This document shows positions 26,537 through 38,853 of a DNA stretch of 64,000 bases, in pieces. Where the stretch lies: NCBI RefSeq assembly GCF_036321535.1, contig NC_087436.1, positions 102,736,001 to 102,800,000 of the forward strand. Reading direction: 5' to 3'. Both the position numbers and the translations under genes were made by a program. The DNA comes from Camelus dromedarius. Its lineage: Eukaryota. The stretch's first letter is position 1; each line of letters begins with the position of its first letter. The notes below the pieces were generated by a model, which was not told where the DNA came from, did no database searches, and saw only the letters and a program-made list of their open reading frames with translations.

Positions 26537-28064
26537 TATATGTCTCCTAAACTGATAACTAACTACAGGGCAGGGATCTTGAACTCTTCCTACAAACTAT
26601 CTAGCTCACAATCTCTATAATGAATTTCTTACCAATAGCTGTCATAGACTATGATGTGAACAGATACACAAAACCCACTTACATTTTGTCTAAGCAATTA
26701 TAACTCAAGAGAGCACAGCCTATATGGTTTTCTGTAAAAGAAAATCCTTAAGTAACTTTCCAAGGAAGACATATCCCCTGAAAATGCTAAAGGACTCTGT
26801 ATATTTAGCATTACCAGGGTTATTATTAAAACCTCACATCCACTGTTATGAATTCGAACTATTTTTATAAAAAATATTTATAAAATGTTTAAAATTATAA
26901 AATTAAAAACGTGTATTTGTTTACTGAATTCGAGGTTAAGAAAAGTTCTCAGAAATGCAGGCTAGTAAAAGCAAAACAATTGCTTGAAAACACTTAAGAT
27001 TTTCATAATATAGTGCTGTGAAAACTGGTGTAGAATTTTAAAACTCTGGCTGACAGCCAAAGAGTTTGCAATCGCAATGAGTTCTAGTTAGTTAGAACAT
27101 TAGATTGACAGTGTTTTGGAACATGTTTATCCTTTAAGTGAAATACATTACTTATTGTTTGAAATTTACTCATTCTCAAAAACAAAACTCACAACATTTA
27201 TTATATATAATTGAATACCAATACTAAATTACCTTAAAACAATTTGTTTTGGAAATCAAGAAAACCAAGAATTTTTTTAAAGCTATCCTAAAATACAGTA
27301 TGTGGTTCCAAATAGCCAGGACTTTATTGGGCATTTGCATGTATTAATATGCCTTGTGTATACTGGAAAGAGTAAAACCCATTCTGGAGAGGCAAAGATG
27401 CAAAATTCCACTCTCAATTTATTGGCTAGGGTTATTTTAAGTTTCCTATATATTTTGGAATATTTTCAAGAGACTTGGGAAGTTGTCAAAGGATTATAAT
27501 TTTGCTTAGTTTCTAAAATAGAAAAATAAAACAGTTTCTAAGATATTAGTGGTGTTTGGGATTTATTTGGAGGGCGTAAGAGCTGAAGTCACCCTGAGAT
27601 TTACTTCTAAGCTTTTTCAAACTCTTCTCAAATATATTAAAAAGCACACACACGTAACTTAATGTAGTACCATGGGAAAGATCGAGTTTAACTAATTAAA
27701 GAGGCAAAACTACAAACTATTTCAACATTACTTGTAATGTCTACATATTATTTTAAGAGTATAAAGACAAATAATAAAAAAAAAAACTCTTTCTAAAAAT
27801 GTCATTCATATCTGAAAAAATATTTCATAATCATAAAAGGTTAAACATATACGATTTTTATTTAGGCTCCATTTTATTTAAACAATCATGTATTAGAATA
27901 TTCAAAGTCTGTTATATTTTAATCTGAACTATATCAGATTATATTTGAAGCTTCAAGGCTCTGGATGTGGTAAACCTTATAGTAATTTAATTTCCACAAG
28001 AAATTTATGAGAGTAGAGAACTAGCGTAGTTGAGTATTATCTACATACTTAAATTGTTGGTTTC

Positions 28065-28510
28065 TGTGTTTGTTCGCTTTGTAGTGTAATGAATCACCCC
28101 AAAATCTAGTGGTTTAAGAAAATAACATCTGTTTAGCTTATTGTTCAGAGAATTAACAAGCTAGCCTGGCCCAACAACATGGTTTTGTTGATCTGGGCCA
28201 GGATCAGCTGATCTCGGCTCGGTCTCAATCTTGGATCTGCACATGGTTGCCGGCTCAGCTAGGGGTAGCCAACAGTCAGCTGAGGGGCCTTAGTTTGACT
28301 CACTGTGGCCTCTCATATTCAAGGAATCTAGTTTGGCCTTGTTCACAACACCAATGAGAAATCTCTTTCCAAGCTTTCATCAATTTTGCTACTGTCTTGT
28401 TAGTCAAACAAAGTTACTTGTCAAGCCCAGAATCAGTGTGGGGATGGTTCCCTAAAATGTGGCCAGGGAGTGACTGGGATAAGTTGGGGGCCATTACTGC
28501 AATAATCTGT
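28065..28510 (-). mobile_element. MLT1F/G-like MaLR LTR
   Basis: gtaatgaatcaccccaaaatctagtggtttaag...tcagctgatctcggct...caagcccagaatcagtgtggg...ttgggggccattactgcaat. Confidence 0.75.
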
Positions 28511-29728
28511 AAGAGGCACTCAAGAATTTTTATTCTATTACAATGCCAGAAATCAACCAATCAAAAAAATTGAAAAAAAAAATTGATTAAATACCAAAGA
28601 GAATTCCACAGATTGGACCGTTCTTGGTAGATAATTGATAAATGCTGGCAGATTGAAATAAGTTTTTATGAAGGGCGTAAATTACCAAAGCATATTACAA
28701 AGCTGCATTCTCAACTAGAATGAAAACACTGAGGATGGAAACAAATTCTTTATTATAGTAGCAATTAGGATTGAAAAATGAGTGAAATTAAAAGATAGGT
28801 AATGGATAATCTTGAAATCTAAGTGACTGATTTGAATTGATTGAGAAAAGTTACTGAAGTAATTATTGAAAATATCATGTAGAAAAATAGTTGCTTATTG
28901 ATTAAATAAATGTAGAGTAACAAATTCGGTATTTGGGGAGTTAGGTACATTGGATAAAAGTCCACCTGAGAAATTATCAGTGTATAAATTTCATAAGGAT
29001 AGGGCCTACTTATGTTTTTATTCATTATATCTTATTGATACCCCTATGTTTGGTAGGGATCCTGGCATAAATTCAGCTCTGATAATTATTTTTATTGATT
29101 CAACTAATTAAAGTGTTTTATTTTATTTTATTTAAATATTAGGTTCAGTTTCCACTTACAGGTTTGATGAGAAGTCCAGTATTAGTTATCATTGGACTCT
29201 TTCTCCAACTGAATGAAATTGTGTCTCTAAAGAATGAGAACTGGTCCATGATGATCACCATCCTTGATATAGTTTGGTTGCAAAATGCTGCCAAACTGTC
29301 CCTCCACATACTATCAGATGACATTTTCAGGGTAAAGAACTGGGATGTCTTCCCAGGAGACCTACTCTCTGACTGTAGACTCTTTCACAATGGGTCAGTG
29401 ATTCTGTTTGCAAGACAAGAAGCTTAGTATAAAAAGTCTGCCATCCCTTATCTAGGATATTGTGTGTAAGTGGGAATCAGGAACTCACCATTTTGTGAAA
29501 AGTATCACTCAGTACAGTAGCTTAGAAAGGCTTCAATGCTCAGTTCTCCCACTTTTGTTATTTTTCACTGGCTTCTTCTCAAAGCATCTAGCTGGAGTGA
29601 AAGTAAGCTGGACCCTGTGGGCCCTCCCTGGTACAAATTCTTTCTGTCCCCATTTCTCTTTTGAAAGAAATAGAATTCCTGCAGTCTCCTTGACCTTCCT
29701 TGAGTTCCAAAAGGTAGATTCAAACAGT

Positions 29729-30588
29729 TGCTAATCAGGGAAGGGAGGGAATGCAGAGAGAAGTGGGGGAGCAGAGAAGAAACAGTGTAGACCTGTGGCA
29801 GAGTCCTGGTTCCTCCTTGAGGAGTATACATAACATTATGTTTAAGTTCTTCTGCAGGAACAAAGCCCCCTCCCCCACCTTGCCAACCTTTGCCTCTTGT
29901 TTATGACTGAGCAGAATCATCAGACGGCTTATTGGGGGGAACACTGGGTCCACCGTATTGCAAGCATTCTGAGTAAAAGCAATTTTCCTTTTTGTTACCA
30001 AGGCTATTGCCCCCAGGATCATACATAACCCTGTCCCTCCCTCTCCTAGAAACCAATGACTTTTATCTAAGTTTCAGGAGGCAGGTGCAATGAGAAGAAA
30101 TAAGAACTGGTTAGAATCAACAGAGCCCAAAATGGTGGAGGATGTGACTTCCTATGGACCTTAAGCCTCATTATACACTCACTGTAATGTATTAGCATGC
30201 TAAATGACACACCCACCAGTACCATGACAGTTGATTGCCATGACAACCCACTGGAAAAGCCCATACAAGGACTGATTGGCTCCATCACATCGGGAAAGAG
30301 GACATAATGGCAGAAGCCTTTCATAAAAGTCCATGTGACCTGACCCAGGCCAAACTGTCTCTACTGACCATCTTGGCTGATGGCGCTCTGCTCGAACGCC
30401 TTTTCCTCATTCAAGGCTTTTCTTCCTTTTTCCTTGCTTGAGTGCTTTTCTTCCTTTTCCTCTTTTGAGAAATAAAGCAGCTATTACTCTGTCCCTGTGC
30501 CTCAGCTATGAATTCTTTCCAGTCAGAAGACAAGAACCCACCTCTTGTGAGATCTCCATTCTAAGAGGGAGTCTTTCAACTGCTAACA
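29729..30588 (+). mobile_element. MER41-like (laurasiatherian) ERV1 solo LTR
   Basis: tgctaatcagggaagggagggaatgcagaga...ctggttcctccttgagg...attagcatgctaaatgacacacccaccagtaccatgacagtt...aataaagc...gaattctttcc...caagaaccc...taaca. TSD not resolved. Confidence 0.7.
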
Positions 30589-31084
30589 GGAGGATCATCT
30601 AATGAGGCTTTCAAAGTAGAAAGAAATTTTTAATCCTCCTTTCACACCCTCCAGCCAGTCCCTCCAAGGTGCTTTAAAGAATGACTTTTGTAAAACGGAA
30701 GTGGGAAGATAAAATCACTGTGAGTTTTTATTTTTTTCATCTGACATACCAGAGCAAGGGGAAAAAAAAAGATCACAATAAACTGTCCTATAGGACAAAT
30801 GTGATATGCACATTTTACAAAGGGGTAATTTAGGCAAAACAGTTTTTATTTTTGTTTTTTGGTTTTTTAAACTGATTAAACCATTTAATCATGGTTAAAA
30901 AGTAGAGATAAAACCATGATTAGACCTTTAATTTTGTTACTTTTTTTTTTTCTGTTGTTTGCTTCTGCTGCTTCTGAAGCCCTCTTGATTGAAATTTCAG
31001 GTGGATCATGTATTGTGAATATAAAACAAATGCTAATGTCAAGGAAATATACTCTAATCCATGGATATTTACATACTTTATATA

Positions 31085-31450
31085 AAGATGTTGACTTGGG
31101 CTAAGATAATGGTAGTGGAGATGGATGTAAAATATACCTTGGAGTTGAAGCTAATAGCAGTTTCTTATAGATTCAATGTGTATTATAGTGAAAATAGAGA
31201 AATTAAAAGATTGTCCAAGGTTCTGGATCTGAACACTCTGTTAGCTCGAAAGTCTTTACTTACATAGGAAACTGTAATAACAGGAATGAGTTATGGAAAA
31301 GGATTAAGAGTTTGGTTTTGTCTTTGTAGAGTCTGAATTGCCTTTTAGAGAGCCAAGTAGAATTGCTAAATAGGCAAATATGTAGCAGAGTTGGAAGACA
31401 GGGAGCTAGTTTGGGTTGGAGTTACACATTTTAGGTCTTATTATTATATA
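31085..31450 (-). mobile_element. L2 LINE remnant
   Basis: gatggatgtaaaatataccttggagttgaagctaatagca...attaaaagattgtccaaggttctggatctgaacac...taagagtttggttttgtct. Confidence 0.65.
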
Positions 31451-32084
31451 ACCACCTAAATTATAAGCACCTGAGAGGGCAGAACAAAGTGCTACCCATT
31501 TTTATTCTTTCCACCATATTTAAGACATTTTTAACACCATTCTAATGATGATTGTTATGCTGCTGCTGATGATGATAAAGATGATCACAATGAGTTCAGC
31601 AAATGTCTTAAATGAACAGTGTAAATGTTACGCGTACACATCTGTAATCTCAGACAGAGTCCATAGTTAACAGGTAACATGATGGGTTCTATCAACTTTG
31701 GAGAGGTGCACCAGGGCCAGGCACGGCTGGATTCACCTTAGAATGTTCATCAGGAAAGAGTTTCTACTTTTTCCATTCCTCATTGTTATAGGAACTTTGT
31801 AAAAGTGCTGGTGACATTTGTCTGCACTTGTATCATTTGTTTTAATGAAAATGACCTTGTTTTCTATTAGAAAGACAACCATCTTACAGCTTGATTTCAA
31901 CTGCCCAGGGAAGTTGAAAACTGGTGCTGATGGCATTTGTTAGTCCCATGAAGAATACAATATCTCCGTGACTCCTGCTCATGAGAAAAAAAAGCCACTG
32001 GACCAAGAAAGCCTACAGCCAGGTAGAGGTACCAATGTATTCAATAGGCAATTGTTTTTCTCTCCACGACATAAGATCTAGTAT

Positions 32085-32330
32085 TCATTGACACTATTTA
32101 TTGGGTACCTACTGTGTGCCAACCATCTTGCAAATACTTGACATCTATGGTAACCCGTTTAATCCTACTACCCTCATATAAAGGAGTTACTATAATTATC
32201 AACATTTTCCAAGTTAGGAAACAAACTTTGAAAGAGCAACCACCACTAAAAAAACTCGTCAGAGTCACCCAGGTTAGTCATGGATGGAAGTACGATTTAA
32301 ACCCGATTGACTCCAAACACAGTGAATCAC
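32085..32330 (-). mobile_element. MIR SINE
   Basis: tatttattgggtacctactgtgtgccaacc...tttaatcctactac...aacattttccaagttaggaaac...gatttaaacccgattgactccaaa. Confidence 0.7.
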
Positions 32331-35300
32331 TTTGAATGAAACTTCTGTGGGAAAAAGATTCTTTACTGAAGTTGGAGGAGTGGAGGGAGGAGGTAGAGAC
32401 AGAGCAGAGCAGCAGAGTGAGGGGACAGAAATCAGCAGTGGACACTCTCCATAAGGGACTCTGCTATTATTAGCCAACCCCACCAAATATTCTATTTGGC
32501 TCTGCCCTTTCGCTTAATCCTTGATAAATTCTGTGCCTTAAATCCCCTTGGGGGAGCCCTGCACTTGATACTTTCATCACTAGGTCATAATACCTATTTT
32601 TCATTCTTTACAGCTCAAAAGGGTTTTTTAGATCCATAAACACTGTTCACTCTGAACATTGTCTCCCTGCTTTCTGAGGACTCTACAGATGCACTGGAAA
32701 CATGTACTCAGGAAAGAGGGAGTTTTATCACTTCAGAGTGTAAAAACGAACAATTTTTTAAGAAAATCATGGCTAGCACCTGCAAGTTATGTCAACTTAG
32801 TACTTATACTATGGAAGAACCAATAGCTCTGAATAGAAGCAGCTACCCTCTCCATCAGTAAGTAATTTTTTAGTGCACACTCCCCCTTTTGCTAGGACAC
32901 TTGGTCTCAGCTTCTTAGTCTTTACAATTACTGTCCTGTTTTGAGTAAAGAAATACAAAGTATTCTGAGGCTTTCAAGCACATTTATTCCAGGGCAAAGG
33001 ATGGGGCTAACCAATCATTTTCACTTCCGCTTATGAGTCAAGAACTATCGATATTGGGGGTCCACGAATGGGATCAGCTAGAAGCCCAGGCTACCACCTC
33101 GTGTAGTGGTCGTTGGTGGTGACAGTGATGTGCTGAAAAGCTTGAAGAGAGAATGGAGGGAAAAAATAAAGGCTATGTGAAGAAAAGGATAACTTCTCTG
33201 ACATTCTCTTGCACTTCATGCATGAGCTCAGTGCAGTGAATAGATTAGCACGTTTAGTTTTCAATTCAGAGCTGAGGTTTGTTATGAAAGTTGAGCGATG
33301 CATATGGTAGGCAATTATTCATGCTGCATCAGAAAACCACTGTGAAGACACTATTAAACTATGATTGTTGATTAGTAATCATCGTGGTTTCTGGAAAGAA
33401 AAAAACTTAGTAAAAATTAAATCCCTGGTGGGTTCAGATGTTTGCAAATGCATCAGGCTAAGGGAAGGTTAAGATGTCAGTGTCATTAACTACTAGACCA
33501 GTTGACCTAGACCATCATTTTCCCCTCTAAAGTCTGTCAATTTAAACCAGTGCTTTTATTATGATTATATTATTATTATCATCAGTGTGTCTTTAATGTA
33601 TCACAGCTCTCACATAGCCTTATAATCACTATGAAATTTCTTCATTTTAAAAAAGTGACCCTGGTTTCCTCCTTGTCAAAGCATTCATCTAATTAGATAA
33701 TGCTTTTAAGGGAGTTGAAAGGGAAAATATATAGTATATGGCTTTGCCATTGGTGAACACAAAGATTCAAAGGTGACTTTGTACAGATCAGGTCATTTTC
33801 TTTCTTGTGTTAGGTACCTTTTGTGTCAATCAGTAAAATAAAGCAACTGAGCCTGGAAAATAATTAGACACCTACCCCTCTGGCTTAGTTTTGTAAGGAT
33901 ATAAAATGATTACCCAGGAACCTCTGCTTCTTATATTACAGATTGGCAGGGCATTGGACCAGTCAGGAGCTGGCTCTGTTTTGAAGGCTGCAGCGAGGGG
34001 GGAGCTAACAAAGAAATCCTTCAGTATGATTTCTTCTCTGGCTTTCCCAAGAGGAGAAAGTTAGGAATTCATGTGCCTAATCCAGGTGAATTCACTAACA
34101 TCACACTGGCCATCAGTCACATGCCTCTTGAAGAAAAGGAGATCTACATTATGAGAATATCCTGTTTGAAAACCAGGATAGACAGAGTCTTAGAAAACTG
34201 GTTGATGTCCTTATTATTTTCTTGAATTTTAATCGGATTGATTGAAAAGAAATCAAAGTTACAAATTACAAGTTGGATTGAAAAGGTTTGGATAACCCAG
34301 TCCAGAAAATATTTGGCAACCCACACAGTAGGACAATGCAAAGTTAAAGATAATTATAAACTGTGTTGACGTCATAGAGAAAGAAGTAATCGATTCTTCT
34401 GTGTTCATGAGTAGCAAAGAGATCAAAAGATTTAATATCACATTTATAAGTTTACAGAAAAAATTATTATATATATCACTAAGAAAAATTACCATAGATA
34501 TCCAATTACTAATAAGCCTTTTTCCTTCAAATTTTGAGAGAAGTTAGGCTTGACTATGAAGTCCTCTTGCTGTGCAGAATTTCTGTTCTTTCTATTCCAA
34601 TCTAGAAAAGCAGTCAGCTTTTGTCAGTTCTATTTAAAAACTCATATACCACCTTTCCATGCAGTGCAATCTGCTCCTTTCTTTTGTTTCCTCTTTCTAT
34701 AAAGGAGAACCTGTTTTGTGTTTCTCTTCTTTTGGAAAAATTGAGATAGAGCATAATAGAAAACCTCCCGCATGTGACTAGAGTAAAATCTTTATGGAAG
34801 ATTCGTTCCCATTGGAAACGAATCATTTTCCAGGACCTATTCTTCTTTTCCAAGTTTTTTGATTTGTGGCTTTTGGTTTTCCCCCATTGAAGAGTTTATA
34901 AATTTAATTCTATTTAGGATTGAATTTAAATTTAGAATATAATTAGTTTGTGGAGGCTTTTCTGTACAATTGCAGGTACTTTTCTAAGAGAATAGCCTTT
35001 TCTCTAAATACTAAGATTCATTCGACTTTAAAATATCATTATGTTTGAGCAAGACCTTGGCGTTCTTAATGTGGATATTATGAATAGTTTCTTCAAGAAA
35101 AGCAACATCAGTTATTTTACTATTTTTATGGTTAATTGAAAGAAATTATTTATCTAGATATGACCCAAATCCTGAAGAAACTGGATGCCATGTGTAATAC
35201 GGAAGATAAAGTTTATTCAATTTGTAATATTTTAATTTCTATAAATTACATGCAAAATCATGGAACTAAAGGATGACTGTAATTAAACATTATGGTGTTT

Positions 35301-37530
35301 ATTTTCCTTTTTTCCCCACTCAATGTAACATGAACAGGAAGTGAGAACATGGGGAAGTGGCCTGGTGAACGCAACTAACCAATTACGGCTTTCTTCCATT
35401 TGGGAAGAATTGTGAAATTTAGAGTTCTTCTATACTAGGATCGAGTTCCGCAACTTGGATCTATCATTTATTATTTTCTGAAATCTGGAAGCTTCCTTAT
35501 CCTCTGTGAACCTTAAATTGAGACTAATAATTTACCAGTGATAAAATATGAAAGGTAAAATATGAACACATGCGTTGTTACCTAGAACACTCTCTGTAAA
35601 TGTAGATTTTATTTGGGTTTCTTGAAGTTTAGGTCCATTTTTTTCTCCATATAAGCATTGAAACATTTAATTATATTCTGGCCTCAGAAAGTATTTGCAG
35701 AGTTTATTTTAAAATCATTGGTGATATGGACTGCATATGCGTTTGAGTTAATTAAACTGCCATTTAGGTGTATTTATTTATCCACATTGATCTCTGAAAT
35801 AATGGATGTCTTTGTTGTTTTCTTCTGTCTGACCCAGAATATATGTATTTTCCGTGGATTTATCGGGTGCCTTCTGGAATATATTGATATGTTTATCCTT
35901 TACTAACAGTTTATTTCATAATTTTTTTTCCAGATTCTCCTTTTCAATTGGCACTGTAGTCAGAGGCATAGATTCCACATCCAAAATATCTGAGTATTAG
36001 AAAAATTTAGGTAGGTCCCCAAAGCTAATGGAAAGCATCAGTACAGTGCCCTTTCTCGCAGAAGTTTTGGGCATTCTTTGGCACATAGGGTAATCCAGAA
36101 AAGACAAGCATCCGTCTGGCTGCTGAGAGCTAGAAGAATTTCATTACCCTCACCAGAGAGACCCCACAGAGAGCAATGTGACATAGCACAATCTTTCCAA
36201 AGAAGTGCCTTTTGACCCAAGATAATATATGTCACAGAAATATTTTCTCTCCTAATGCAACACAGCAGGAGGAAGGATTTTGGTTTCATTCTTCTGTTGA
36301 GCTTTATCAGCTTTCTGATTTCCATGACCTATCTTGAATTCTCAATCTTTCTCACCATCTCACGCTGCTGGAATAAAGATTAACATCATGCTTTTGAAGA
36401 TCACAAGTCGTGCTAATGTTTCTTAGGTGTGTACATGTGGGGTTTAGTGTGGGGAATCCATGAATCTATTGGAGGCAACCTTAATAAGAAATCTATAGAC
36501 CAGAAAGATGTGAGTGGCTCTAAATTATTTAAAAATAACTGGCAGCAAATAAAAATGAATTTTAACTGGTGATTCTCTTAGTTCAGGAACTTTTTACTTG
36601 CTAGTCCATCTGCTTGATAAGTCCTCTGGCTCCCCTCCCCTCCACTCCATCTCCAACACCTGCAATAACTTGCTAATACCGATCCCCAACCATTCTCCCA
36701 TGCCCACTCCTGGATTTAGACATGTTTGGTTTTTTTCTCAATACTTGGTAGTCCACTTAAGTAGAGGTTTTCCCTGACTACTCATTCTCACTCATTTTCT
36801 CAATGGTATGAAAGCACTCAGTTTAATCTAAAAGTGTACACTAGTAGTTATCCCTTTATTGAACATAAGCTTTATGAAGTCAGAGACATAACCTGTCTTT
36901 CTGTCTGGCATATAAAGGAGCTCAATACACACTGTTAATGACTTAGTAAATGAATTCAAGTTCCTTTGGGTCAGACTTTCCACAAAAAAGGAGAATGGAT
37001 AATTAAGAAGTTTTCCTTCTTAATATTACATTGGAGTTGGTTTATTTTGAATCTTTAATGTCTATAACTTAAGCCATACTAAAAGAAAGACCATGGTATA
37101 TACCATCAGACAGAGCTGGATTAACTTAGAGTTCATTATTAGAAAATAAATTAAACAATATAGATCTCAGTTTTTTCATTTACATATTAGGAAGAATAAT
37201 ATTTCCACTAATAGTTTTTGTAAGACTTTATCTATGAATGTACCCTTCTAGTCCTGACCTTATACTAAACTCAAGATTCTGATGTTCAACCACCTTCTTG
37301 AAATTTCCATCTGGATAGCTAATTGATATCTCAAAACAGCATTTACAAAGCTAAATTCAGTGACTTCCCCAATTAGTCTGCCTTATAATCCTCCCCACCT
37401 CAGTATATGGTAACTGCATTTGACCCATTGCTTTACAACAAAAAACTTAGAGTCATCATTGGATAATTTATCACAAATCTCACAATCTACATACAGTCCT
37501 TAAAGCTGTTTTTTCTAAGTTAAATATGTA

Positions 37531-38187
37531 TATCCAGAGGAAACTCTAATTCAAAAAGATACATGCACCTCAATGTTCGTAATAGCACTATTAACAATAA
37601 CCAAGACATGAAAGCAACCTAAATGTCCATCAACAGATGACTAGATAAAGATGTCATGGCATACACACAATGATAACACACACACACACAGGAATACTAC
37701 TCAGCCATAAAAATGAATGAAATAATGCCATTTACAGCTACATGAATGGACCTGGAGATTATCATACTAAGTGAAGTCAGCCAGAAAGAGAAAGAAAAGT
37801 GCCATATGCTATCACTTATATGTGGAATCTAAAACATAACACAAATGAACTTAGTTACAAAACAGAAACAGACTCATAGACATAGAAAACAATCTTATGG
37901 TTACCAGTGGAAAAGGGATGTGGAGGGATAAATTTGGAGTTCGGGATTTGCAGATACTCTCTACTATATATAAAATAGATAAACAAGGTCCTACTGTATA
38001 GCACCTGGAACTATATTCAATATCCTGTAATAGCCTATAATGAAAAAGAATGTGTGTGTATGTGTGTATACATATATATTTATATTTATAATTTGTATTT
38101 ATATATATATATAAAACTGAATCACTATGCTGTACACCAGAAACTAACACAACATTGTAAACAGACTATACTTCAATAAAAAAAAAA
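37531..38187 (+). mobile_element. 5'-truncated L1 (end of ORF2, 3' UTR, polyA)
   Basis: gaggaaactctaattcaaaaagatacatgcacctcaatgttc...caacctaaatgtccatcaacagatga...gactatacttcaataaaaaaaaaa; TSD-like aaatatgtat / aaaaatgtat. Confidence 0.93.
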
Positions 38188-38213
38188 TGTATGCTGAATT
38201 CAGCTCCTATTTG

Positions 38214-38250
38214 TCTGCAGTCAAATGCTCTACCACTGAGGTATACCCCC
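38214..38250 (-). pseudogene. Tailless retrocopy of the 5' half of tRNA-Cys(GCA)
   Basis: Reverse complement GGGGGTATACCTCAGTGGTAGAGCATTTGACTGCAGA matches nt 1-37 of recalled mammalian tRNA-Cys-GCA with one mismatch. 17-bp TSD ttca(g/a)ctcctatttgtc at 38199-38215 and 38253-38269. No polyA. Confidence 0.9.
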
Positions 38251-38517
38251 TCTTCAACTCCTATTTGTCAAAGTCCTTTTCCCTGGCTTACAAAACCACA
38301 GGCATCACTACCCAACTACACTACCCTCTGTCAGTGTCCTCTGCCTCCATTCATTTCATCATTGGCTTTTTCCCTATTGCTTGAACATGCTAATCACCTC
38401 ATACTTCAGGAACTTTTTCCAGAACAATCTTCCCCAGGTATTTATAGGCCTGACTCCCCCCTTTCTTCCATGTATTTGCACAAATGTCACTTCATTGAAA
38501 AAACCTTTTTGCCTGTC

Positions 38518-38853
38518 CACTAGGGACTTAATTTTTGTGTCCCTCCAAAACTCATATATTGAAGCCCTAAGATGATACTATTTGGAAGTGGGGTCTTTGG
38601 AAAGTAACTAGATCACGAAAGTGGAGTCCCTATGATGAGAAACGGAAGAGAGCTAACTTGTTCTCTCTCTACTGTGTGAGGACATAACAAGAAATGCCAT
38701 CTCTATGCCAGGAAGAGGGCTGTCACCAGGAACCGAATCTGCTGGCACCTTGATCTTGGACCTCCCACTCCAGAACTGTGAGAAATAAATACTTGTTGTT
38801 TAAACCCCCCTGACTGTGTTAATCTGTTATGGCAGCCCCAGCTGACTAAGATA
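38518..38853 (+). mobile_element. MLT1A-like MaLR LTR
   Basis: tgtgtccctccaaaactcatatattgaagccctaa...gccaggaagagggc..gctggcaccttgatcttggac...cagaactgtgagaaataaat...gactaagata. Confidence 0.88.

Noticed and set aside
33988..34007. CTCF-like motif cagcgaggggggagcta
   Set aside because: Mismatches at core positions; cannot be supported without a PWM score or ChIP data.
34345..34420. Frame reading LC*RHRERSNRFFCVHE, reminiscent of a TRIM B-box
   Set aside because: Wrong ligand spacing, in-frame stops, no downstream CxxC and no flanking TRIM similarity.
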